This document shows, one piece after another, positions 37,671 to 47,739 of a stretch of 52,737 nt of DNA. The DNA lies in NCBI RefSeq assembly GCF_006345805.1, contig NW_021833979.1:1-52737 (forward strand), given 5' to 3'. Made by a program: the position numbers and the translations under genes. The stretch comes from Octopus sinensis (lineage: Eukaryota). Each line of letters opens with the position of its first letter. Within the stretch, counting starts at the first letter, position 1. The notes beneath the pieces were generated by a model. The model did no database searches. It was not told where the DNA came from and worked only from the letters and a program-made list of their open reading frames with translations.

Positions 37671-40600
37671 ATATGTCTGCTCATGTCTCCTTGTTTTGAC
37701 ATCTGCTGCGAATTATAAACAAATGTCACGTCACACAAACAGAGTCGTTTGTTTGCAGTGTTCCACCAGAAAACATATCCAACCATTGTGCTGTTCATGT
37801 TGGAAGAACTTGGGGAAATATTCTCTTGCTTGAAACCAGCTGAAGATTGGTGACCCTCATCGAGTATAGTCATAGACTTGACTGAGTGGCACTCACAAGA
37901 ACCTGGCAAGAAACAAAACAAAATTATTAGAAGGAAAATACAGAAAAGAAAATACACCACCTGATGTATTATAAAGGTTTTGACATCCATTTTCCCTAAC
38001 TGGCATGGGTAGGACAGTTGACGAGGAAGCAGTGAACCAGAGGACATTGCTGAGCTCCAATGAAAGATTTGGCAAGATTTCTACAGCTGGATGATCTTCT
38101 TAACACCAGATGCACACATACACGTGTGTGTGTGTGTTTATGCATGCATAAGAGTATATGAATGAATAAACATGGGTTTACTTATGTTTGATTGCACATC
38201 TGACTTTGTATGCTAGCATGGGTTAGATGAATATATTATTGTAGCCTTGTTTTACAGACAGACAGCCTTCCTATTGCTCACCCAAAACCATTTTGCAAGA
38301 ACAAAAGTTCTTATTTCCCATGTCTTCCAAGGTGGGGGTGATTGGTTGACAGATGTTTCTGCCTGGAGCAACTTAAAAGAGATTGCAAACATAAACAAAT
38401 GCACAGACACCTACGCGCACACACACTCAGCTCGAGTTCACTGGTTCCTGTAGCAGAAACAGCTGGAAGCTAATGAAGGTGTCTACGTAACTCTTGTTCT
38501 TTTGTCATTCATTGATTCATAGCTATAAACATACATGGACACAAATATTTATACATGGGTATGTGAAGGTATATATATGTATATATATATCATCATCATC
38601 ATTTAGCGTCCGCTTTCCATGCTAGCATGGGTTGGACAGTTCAACTGGGGTCTGGGAAGCCAGAAGGCTGCACCAGGCCCAGTCTGATCTGGCAAAGTTT
38701 CTACGGCTGGATGCCCTTCCTAACGCCAACCACTCCGTGAGTGTAGTGGGTGCTTTTTACATGCCACCGACACAGGTGCCAGACGAGGCTGCCAAACGGC
38801 CACGATCAGATGGTGCTTTTTATGTGCCACCGGCACTGGTATCACAGCTACAATTTCCATTGATGTTGATCGACTTGGATTTTGATTTTGATTTATATAT
38901 ATATATATATATATATAAATATTTAGCAGAAGTAACAAACTGACCCAAGATCCGAAATTTTCGTTTATTAGCATTTATCAAACTGGTTCTTTGGAGGTGT
39001 ATTCCCAGACCTCCAAAACCCAGTTTGATGAGTGTCAACTCTCGGACCTTGAGTCCCTACTGCCATGCCCCTATCACCCCCACCTCTATCTTTCATCTCT
39101 CAATCACTCTCTCTTCTTCTTTTTACTCTATCTTACTGCTGTGACAAAGATTTGCAGTAAATCTCTTCTCTTCACCATTCTTCCAATGAAACTGGGGATG
39201 TTACTGGACCTACCTGAGTCTCTCCCCAACACTCAGCCACTCCTTTTCATATATTTATTACCCTAGATCTCTCACCCATCCCAAGGTATATGTCACACCC
39301 AGAGATTGAGGGGACCCTTTAGTTTTGTCAAGGACATGGTGATCGTCTCTAGTGATGGTGCCATAAGATGCACCCAGTGCACATTGTGCAGTGGTTGGTG
39401 TCAGGAAGAGCATCCAGCTGTGGAAAGATAACCAGAAAATGTAACTTCAGGCAAGATATTCTTTGAACCATCCAACATGGAAAGTGGGGGTAAAATGATG
39501 ATCATCATACATACATACAGACGTATGGATGTATAAATATACATATGTGCATCCTTGTGTATATATTATACACATTCATTCATATATATGTATGCATGTG
39601 TATATAAATACATCTACGATTAGATTAAAGTCTAATTATTATGAGGGGTTTTGTAGGTTTTTCTTCCCCAAAATAAACCAAGTAGAATGGCACAAATGAA
39701 ACATAAACATTAATTCCAATTTAATTTTACAATAGAAATATTGGCAATTATCTGCTTTTCTCTTTATAAACTTTGTTGTCAACAACAGCAATAACAACAA
39801 CATAGCCTTATCCAGCTTTTCTCCAAAATATGTTGTTGTTTAGTCCATGTTTATTCAAAGAGCTGACATCCTGAAGAAGGTCTCTTTTACTTTTCATTCC
39901 CCCTGGGGTCAACAGATTAACAGTCATTATTTCATAGACCAAGGAGGCGGTGGAGGATCATTCTGATGATGATGGGTCACCAGAATATCATTAAACATCC
40001 CCACCAATATTTCCTAATCCACCTCATAAAACCCCCAATACTTCATAATAAACTACACCAAGTTATAACTCCTCACCTGACACAAAACAAAACACACTTC
40101 ACCTGTCAAACCCCTTTTTCATACAAACACATCTTTCTCATTGCTACCCAACATTGTCCCTTATATAAAGATAATTAAGATGAACCTACCTTTCATTAAT
40201 TGGGCTTATTCATTAACCAATCTTTATGATCTCAATCAGCAACAAATAATAACGATCCTCTCAACATGCTGTCTATCAGTGTGATTATATGAAAGCCTAT
40301 CTTTGGATAAGCTTTCCCAGTTTAATCAATGTTGTGTATGATAATTGTGTGGATTATATTGAAATGTTGAGAGATTTACAGCATTTGTCAGGTTAAGAAC
40401 AGTTTCATCTCCAGCTTTATTCGTATCTGTTAATCCAGGTAAATATGATGGAAACCAAGCCAACGATGACTGTCCCATCATTAGTAATACTTGTATCTGA
40501 CAAATGTCTATGAAACCTAATAAAGTCTATCTTTTGCTAATTGTTCCATGTTAACGAAGTTTGAACATGATTGCTGTGTGTTGGGACATAATATAGCATG

Positions 40601-40962
40601 TACACCAATTAAAGTTAATTTTCTCTACAGCTTAGAGTGTCTCGTTATTGAGTGCTTTTGGAGCAGGGGAATCTCTTTGACTAACTATCGTTTAATAAAT
40701 CTAAGCCACACATGACTATTTCTTTGTGATGTTGAGAGCAAATATCATTTCCAGTGAAAATAATTATTTCTAATATTTAGACTCCATGTAATTAATAAAA
40801 CTTATTAATACATCTTAGAATAGATTGTAATTAGTTGTTTAAATATTAATTAGACAAGATTAATTCACTGACAGAAATACATAAATGTTTTGTTTGTGTT
40901 TTTCAAATGATGAAGCAAACATCATCTCCCTGAAACTTTAATATTTTCACAAAGCTAAATGT

Positions 40963-40983
40963 TTTCCTTATATTTCTTTACAG
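40963..40983 (+). promoter_or_regulatory. Putative 3' splice acceptor preceding the large coding exon
   Basis: A polypyrimidine tract ttttccttatatttcttta plus CAG ends at 40983, 7 nt before an ATG in strong Kozak context (actATGg, 40991). Confidence 0.6.
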
Positions 40984-41115
40984 ATTCACTATGGAAGACC
41001 AGACTGAAAATACTCAGAAAAGAGCTTTAAGGGGCTCGACACCAAAATGGGATGAAGAAGGAGGTGACAATAAAGGAGACCCTAAAAACTGGGAATAATT
41101 AGAAAACAAGATGTT

Positions 41116-44100
41116 TTGGACAAACACATATCTTATACAAGATTCAATGCCTATGAGGACAAAATTAATTTGTTGATAAATTCTCAGGAAGAAGAATGTA
41201 CTTTTTTTAAAAATATAGGAATGGATACAATTACTTTACAAAAAGAAAATGTTTACAATCAAGAATTAATAATTTCTGGAAAACTAGAATTGTTCCTGGA
41301 ACACTATTTACAGAGAAATAATTTACAAGACAAACACAAAACCATTGAGCCATCAAAATTACCCACAAAATTCCGGCCTCTTTGCCCGGTTGTGACAAGA
41401 GAAGCAAAGATCGAGGAATCTGGAGAAGAATTGGAGAAAAGCATAATATCCAATGTCATTGTCATACGTGAGGGAATGGTAACATATTCCCACCATTTTA
41501 TGACAATATGTTGTTTGTCAAGAAATGGTGACAGAATTGATGTCCATTGTCCATCTTCTGTCACCAATTTCACCAGAATCAGTGAAGACATGGTTCTGGC
41601 AACCCTCCCCTTCCAAGAAATGATTCTTATTATCAGCCCCAAAACCTTTAAGATCAAAAGGATAAAGTTGGGGTTATATATGGTGAGTTACTTGGAAGAT
41701 TCTACACTAATAGGTGTAGAAATGTTTGGTAAAACAGTTTACCAATTTGATTGGGAGGATAACACTATTAACTATCAATTTATTACCAAAGAAACCCCTA
41801 CAGATATTGCTGTAGGGGTCCAGAATATTCTTTTAATATCATTTCCCAGTATTAAAAGAGTAATCTGTTTTAAACTGGATGGCCAACAGTTATGGGAGGT
41901 AGAGACCCATTCTCTGCATCTCCCTAGTAAAATCTCTCTGTACCAAAATTATTTCTATGTCCTCCAGGGACAAATAATTTATAGGATTTCAGCTAAAGGT
42001 GGTGTAACAAGGAGGGACATTGGCAAGAAATGCCGCTCTATTTCTGTTGGTAAAGATACCATTTTGGTAACAGATTATTGCGGCAGACCACATGGTATTC
42101 AAATGAATAAAGACTTTTGGCCCAAACTGTCATACAACCACCAGCTACATACCCCCAGTTTAAAAGACTATATTGATATTGAGGATTGCTACAACATTAC
42201 AAATATTCTACCTATGTCTACATCTTCTATATTAATAATTTACAAAAACAAGAAAGCTAAATTATTCACTGATAATGGGGAAATAATTAACCAAAATAAT
42301 TCAGTTTTCCTTGAGCTTCCTTCTTTCTGTTGTAGAATAAACGCAAACAGATTCCTGGTATTTTATCGTGAAATGAAAGGATTTCAGTATATCACCTGTC
42401 CTGAACTAAGAAAAGGCCCTTTAATGAAAGTCCATACTGATTACATTACACTATGTCATGTTGTATCAAATAAGTGTTTAGCTCTAACCACAAGTGGAAA
42501 CAAAAGCGAGGTCCATATCCTCTTGATCCACGAAGATAAAGTTGACATTGCAGAAAGAATTTCTCTGGGACATCATAATGTCAGCATTGCTGCAACTCCA
42601 ATTAATTTTGTAGTCATAGATGGAAACGAAAATAAAATGGTATTTTATTCCACATGTGGTGAAGAACTTTTTCAAAAATACCTTCCATTCTATGGCCACC
42701 CTCATCACATCTACTCTGATAATGTTTATTTCTATGTCCTCTTCAGAAGACACTGTATTCTCAGATGTTACGATCTATATGGACAAATGAAATGGCAGTG
42801 GGAACTGCCTTTCCCTGTTCACCCTCACATTGCTGTTTTCCAAGGAACTCTTTATGTCCCGGACACTCAACTCAACAGGGTTCTTCTTTACAAGTATCAA
42901 GACCGGTCGTCTGGCTGCCTTTTACCCATTAAAAATCCTTATATCAGAAATCTAAATCTACGACTCAAAGAAAAGGAGAATGACCAAAAACTTGTCATTG
43001 GCGAAATATGTAATCTGTCCAATGGACAGTTGGTGGTGTTCGACATCAACCATGATTGCTTGTTGTACATTTCTGAGGAAGGAGACATTGTGTCCAGATT
43101 ATCTCTGCCGTCTACAGCCACAGATATATGTCGATGGGGTTCTGATCATATAGGGGTCACATTACCCCTACAGAAACAATTAAGGGTCATCGGAAACCTA
43201 TCAAATACAGTGAGAAGTGTATTATTAAGGCAGCCTTATGTACGGGTGTGTAAGATGGGTGAACGTGAAATTGTTTGTTATTGTGATAAACCATCACATT
43301 TAGACATTTTAACTATTAATTATTATAATCAAGTCGAAGTAATTAAGACAATTAATATCCCTGTGTTTGTGAAATCATTATCAATAGACAAGGAAACACT
43401 AAAGCTATTGATTGTTACTAGGGGAAAAGCTTTTCAGTACAACACTAGAATAGGTGGTGGTGGTCATAGAGGTCATAATTTGTTGGTTAATGATCTTGTT
43501 ACTAATAATCATCTTAATTATTATATCGACCTGGTGGATGTATTTTCCAGACACATTTCTCTCAGCGAAATGTTGTCTTCCACTTTATATCTACAGGACC
43601 TGAAAGTTTCTGATAAAGCCAGACATATTCCTCTCCCTAAACATTTGGGAGACAAAGAACCAGTGTGGATTGAACGTTTGGTTATTACAGAAAATAATCT
43701 GATTGCAGGATGTGACAGGAAGAATGGAAACATTAAGATATTCACACTGGATGGTCACCTATTGGATTTAATCAAAGTGAATGTTTATGACAATACTAAA
43801 ATGTGTCGATGGCAGTCAAACACACTGGTCATTACGAATGGGGATTATAAAGATCCTAATAAACACCAACTGTTGACATTAAAAGTGGAATATCCATTGT
43901 CGTTGCTAATTTACCAAACGAGAAATAATTATGATTGTATAGCTTCTTTATCAAATAATCAACTGGTTTTGAGTGAATGGAGAGATGTAAGACATTTGTA
44001 TTTTGTTGAAATTGATGAAATACGTTCGAGTGTGAAGGAAACAAACAAAATAGACATACCTGAACCATTAATAGAGAGAAACGAAGATGGAAAGTATTAT

Positions 44101-46140
44101 GATAGAATCCAGGATATTAAAGTTACTGATGAAGATGTCATCATTGTCTTAAACAAGAAATTCATCATTTTCTTCAACAGTGGTGGTCAATATTTACATT
44201 CAGTCAGACACTACATGAAGTATTTTGGTGATGATGACAGGATGACAATTGATGACAGTTTTTTGTACATTTATGGTCGGTGGGAGAAATGTTTTCGTTT
44301 ATCTGGATATAAAAAAATTTTGTGTTTGACCCAGAATGGGGAATACGAGAGAATATTTTTAAACAAAAGAATTTTTAAACATAAATTAGATTTCTCCAGT
44401 ATAGACTGTAAAGGACCAAGGTTTGTTGGAAGCCATAGGAGGGGATGGAGGAATGAATTGTATGTTGAAGGGTTGTTTATGGTGAATCGAGACAGCTTCC
44501 CGGTTGTTCGTTTACAAACAGACGAATGTCCTGTTCAAGTAAAAGATTTTGATGTCTCTGAGGAAGGAAAGACAGTTGTGTGTGAAAAAGCCAATAATGG
44601 AAATGTTAAAATATTCGATGAAGACGGCCAGTTGCTACGTCACAGAAAAGTTGCAAGTTTAGTTGGTGGTGTGTGTTTTACACATGAATCACACATAATG
44701 GCCACGGTTCCTAAAAGGAAAGAAATATTTCAACTGAATGGAGAAGATTTGCAGACATCTCAAGTTTGGTCGAGTCTCATCCCTTATGGTGTAATATGGA
44801 GAAAAGTGGGAAATATTTACTTGTGTGTACATAATGAATTGATTGAATGTCATTGCATAAAGATTGATGGGGACCAAGTGAACATTCTGGATTCTGTGTC
44901 GTTATCAAATCTTGATTCTGGTCTTCGTTTCCCTTCCATTACATCTGAAACGAACAAGGAAATATTCAGTAATGAATTAATTAATAAATTGAAATACAGA
45001 AGAGGAGATGGAGATGGAGGAGGAAGAAGAAGAGGTAAATCAGGTGAAATAATTGGTAAAGGTAGATTAAAGGTGAGATGTGGTAATTACATAGCGGAGA
45101 TTAATAATTCAGGAATTGATGAAATATCAGTGAGGAGACTTCCATATAGGACAGCAATGGTCCCTTTTTCCATTCCTGCATTCGAGGAACCTGTTGATTA
45201 TGATTTGAGGGACATTAGGGACCGGAACAGTAAACTAATTAAGTTAGATGAGAATGTGAGTGTGTTGATGTTTCGAGAAAGTGTCACATTAATCAGAACA
45301 ACAACAACAACAGTGGACATACTTCAACATGAACAACAACAACGACCACCACTGGACATATGTCGGTGGACAGAGGAATGTTTCATTGTCGCCTTTGGGA
45401 GAGAAATGAGGGTCTTCAACAGGGATCTCCGTCGTTTAAAAACCATCAGAACTGAGAAATACTACAACAGGATTTATAAATACAACGACAATCAACTCGT
45501 GTGTGGTGGTCATTATATTAGAGACATAACACAAGAAGAGAGAGACAAGAAATACGGAAGAATATGGGAGAACAACAAGGATTACTATTATTGCAAAGAC
45601 CCCGACATCTTTGACTCTTATTATGTGGATGTGGTTGATATCAGCGATGGGAAATGTAAAGATGAAGTGTGTCGTGGGAAGATGGGGAGATCGGGAAGGT
45701 TGGAGGGAGAGGAAGGGGTGGTAGATGTGGGAGTCACATCTTTTGGTGATGTTGTTGTTTTGGGGAGGGAGATGAAGGAGAAGGTGTCTGGATGGAAGGA
45801 AGTTTTTTGTTTTGTGGAATCGTTCAGTGAAAAGTCTTTGGTGAGGAGGATAAGAATAAAAGAAGAAATAATTTTTGGTCGGGAATATTATATTCCAAGA
45901 CCTCATCTGACAATAATTGGTGAATGTGTTTATATAACAGATAGAAGAAACAATATTTACGAAATACCTCGACATATTGAAGAGGAAACATCTGAAGATA
46001 ATCGAAAATATTTACTCCTCAGTGAGGATGATAATGAAGTCTTTGAAGTTCTTGGTTTGGATGTTTCAGAAAATTCTTTTATGGTTTTTGGAATTATTCC
46101 TGGACGTCAATCTTTTGCTTTCTTTTATTTTGACAAATAA
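41116..46140 (+). CDS. Large single-exon cytosolic protein of ~6 tandem NHL/TolB-like beta-propeller modules; true start probably ATG 40991 (1716 aa)
   Basis: A 5025-nt stop-free, high-complexity ORF in otherwise repeat-saturated DNA. Recurrent blade motifs include GNIKIFTLDGHLL / GNVKIFDEDGQLL / AKLFTDNGEII and TDICRWGSDHIGVTLP / TKMCRWQSNTLVIT / LDICRWTEECFIVAF. These resemble the C-terminal propeller of molluscan TRIM-like proteins. The fold assignment is an inference. Confidence 0.88.
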   Translation: MDKHISYTRFNAYEDKINLLINSQEEECTFFKNIGMDTITLQKENVYNQELIISGKLELFLEHYLQRNNLQDKHKTIEPSKLPTKFRPLCPVVTREAKIEESGEELEKSIISNVIVIREGMVTYSHHFMTICCLSRNGDRIDVHCPSSVTNFTRISEDMVLATLPFQEMILIISPKTFKIKRIKLGLYMVSYLEDSTLIGVEMFGKTVYQFDWEDNTINYQFITKETPTDIAVGVQNILLISFPSIKRVICFKLDGQQLWEVETHSLHLPSKISLYQNYFYVLQGQIIYRISAKGGVTRRDIGKKCRSISVGKDTILVTDYCGRPHGIQMNKDFWPKLSYNHQLHTPSLKDYIDIEDCYNITNILPMSTSSILIIYKNKKAKLFTDNGEIINQNNSVFLELPSFCCRINANRFLVFYREMKGFQYITCPELRKGPLMKVHTDYITLCHVVSNKCLALTTSGNKSEVHILLIHEDKVDIAERISLGHHNVSIAATPINFVVIDGNENKMVFYSTCGEELFQKYLPFYGHPHHIYSDNVYFYVLFRRHCILRCYDLYGQMKWQWELPFPVHPHIAVFQGTLYVPDTQLNRVLLYKYQDRSSGCLLPIKNPYIRNLNLRLKEKENDQKLVIGEICNLSNGQLVVFDINHDCLLYISEEGDIVSRLSLPSTATDICRWGSDHIGVTLPLQKQLRVIGNLSNTVRSVLLRQPYVRVCKMGEREIVCYCDKPSHLDILTINYYNQVEVIKTINIPVFVKSLSIDKETLKLLIVTRGKAFQYNTRIGGGGHRGHNLLVNDLVTNNHLNYYIDLVDVFSRHISLSEMLSSTLYLQDLKVSDKARHIPLPKHLGDKEPVWIERLVITENNLIAGCDRKNGNIKIFTLDGHLLDLIKVNVYDNTKMCRWQSNTLVITNGDYKDPNKHQLLTLKVEYPLSLLIYQTRNNYDCIASLSNNQLVLSEWRDVRHLYFVEIDEIRSSVKETNKIDIPEPLIERNEDGKYYDRIQDIKVTDEDVIIVLNKKFIIFFNSGGQYLHSVRHYMKYFGDDDRMTIDDSFLYIYGRWEKCFRLSGYKKILCLTQNGEYERIFLNKRIFKHKLDFSSIDCKGPRFVGSHRRGWRNELYVEGLFMVNRDSFPVVRLQTDECPVQVKDFDVSEEGKTVVCEKANNGNVKIFDEDGQLLRHRKVASLVGGVCFTHESHIMATVPKRKEIFQLNGEDLQTSQVWSSLIPYGVIWRKVGNIYLCVHNELIECHCIKIDGDQVNILDSVSLSNLDSGLRFPSITSETNKEIFSNELINKLKYRRGDGDGGGRRRGKSGEIIGKGRLKVRCGNYIAEINNSGIDEISVRRLPYRTAMVPFSIPAFEEPVDYDLRDIRDRNSKLIKLDENVSVLMFRESVTLIRTTTTTVDILQHEQQQRPPLDICRWTEECFIVAFGREMRVFNRDLRRLKTIRTEKYYNRIYKYNDNQLVCGGHYIRDITQEERDKKYGRIWENNKDYYYCKDPDIFDSYYVDVVDISDGKCKDEVCRGKMGRSGRLEGEEGVVDVGVTSFGDVVVLGREMKEKVSGWKEVFCFVESFSEKSLVRRIRIKEEIIFGREYYIPRPHLTIIGECVYITDRRNNIYEIPRHIEEETSEDNRKYLLLSEDDNEVFEVLGLDVSENSFMVFGIIPGRQSFAFFYFDK

Positions 46141-46141
46141 A
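46136..46141 (+). terminator. AATAAA polyadenylation signal overlapping the stop codon (ATTAAA also at 46155-46160)
   Basis: Sequence is gacaAATAAAtat. AT-rich DNA makes a chance match plausible. Confidence 0.35.
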
Positions 46142-46387
46142 TATTTCCAGAAATATTAAACTTCAATCTTCTTCTTATTATTATTGTAAATGGCTTCGCC
46201 CGGGAATCGAACCTGCATCGCATACATTGCATTCTACACACTAACACTTATCGTTGTAACATTCTTCAACACTCTCTCTTTGTGCGTGTGTATATATTTA
46301 TATACAGTATATATAAATGTGTTTATATATATATACACACATATTTAGGAATGTATGTATAGACATAAGGCTATAAGTATGTATGTT

Positions 46388-46428
<41 letters not shown>

Positions 46429-46456
46429 GAAAAAAAGCAACAAGAATGGATTAAAA

Positions 46457-46544
46457 TCTCGGTACGATCGTTTCGTACGAGGACATCTTTAATAAGCTAC
46501 AAAAAATGCAGTGAATACAGATGGCTCGTACTCGTCAGCCGAAA
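46457..46544 (-). ncRNA. Type I hammerhead ribozyme (complete core) in the PLE 3' region
   Basis: Minus strand: UUUCGG-CUGACGA-GUACGAG...CUCGUAC-GAAA-CGAUC-GUA|CCGAGA. Stem II has 7 perfect bp extended by CAUCU/AGAUG, stem III is the palindrome ACGAUCGU, and stem I has 6 bp (one G-U). Predicted cleavage is between 46463 and 46462. Confidence 0.9.
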
Positions 46545-47739
46545 AAACATCAGAGAATTCCCAAACATCAAAAGGGGTAGATACAAAAGAGGTTGTAGGA
46601 TTAACTGCATTGAAGAAAGTTCGATTCATGGAGATCCGATGAAAGGTTTTAAACCTATAGAATTTATGCATGTCTACATATAGCTCATATTGGATATTTG
46701 ATCAAGTTGTATGAAGAAATTTTCGGGTACAGTCATGCAAAATTTCTGAAAATCCGAGTAAGAGGCAAAATGACTGCCACATCATGTAGAGGAAAGTCTG
46801 AGTAAAAACATAGTGACTGTCATATCGTGTAGAGGAACAGATTGTTATTGAAATTTACAAGAATCGCAGATAAGTTCGATTTTTTGGAGATCCGATGAAA
46901 AAGTCTCGAACTTACAAAATTTGTGTATGTCCTTATAGTTCGTAATCCAGTTTTGTGGAGAGATTTAGGGTACAATCATGCGAAAATATCAGGGAGTCCG
47001 AATGAGAAGCAAAAATGGCAGTCTTATATTGTAGTGGTTCAGGTTGTTAATGAAATTTTCAAGAATCACAGAAAGAGGAGGAAGGGGGTAGGAATTTAAT
47101 CAGTTACTGCTATTTAAGCTGTCAAAGAGAAAGGAAAGGGGAAGCTAAGGGGATGGGCACAATTTGATACTAACAAAAGAGTCTAAGTTTGTTTGGAACA
47201 AATTCGAACTGAGGTCAACAATTTATTTCTTTATTTATAAATGTTACTATTAATAGATTGTCAGGTTACAAAGAGGTCATTAGAAAGGAAAGAAAAATGG
47301 GGTTGTTTTTAAATGAAATTAAACTTTTATATTATTATTACACTAAACTATAATACATACATAATGTTTTTAAATGAAATTAAACAATTATATTATTATT
47401 ATACTAAACTATAATACACTACACTATATTATATTATATTATTTTGATATATTATATCACATCACAATACACTACGATAGGTCTGGTATTAGCAGAATTA
47501 ATTTAAAAAAAAATTTTTTTTTTAAATAAAAAAAAAGAAATTAAGAGAATTAACTAACTAATATTTGTAATGGGATAAAAAATAGACTAAGAAATGGAGA
47601 TAAAAATAGAGCAAAATTTAATTATTAATAATATGGTCCAATAGAAATAAATCAAATAATTTAAGTCAATAAGTATTAAATAGTACCATCAGAGAGAGAA
47701 AAAATTATAATCATAGCTAGTTAGAACTTATCTTTCCAG

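Noticed and set aside
45436-45975. 179-aa antisense ORF inside the large gene
   Set aside because: It is a shadow of the purine-rich sense strand, with no recognisable motif.
46191-46255. tRNA-like sequence on the minus strand with B-box GGTTCGATTCC and 3' CCA
   Set aside because: There is no 5' acceptor strand or recognisable D and anticodon arms. At most it is a truncated tRNA-derived retrocopy or SINE head.
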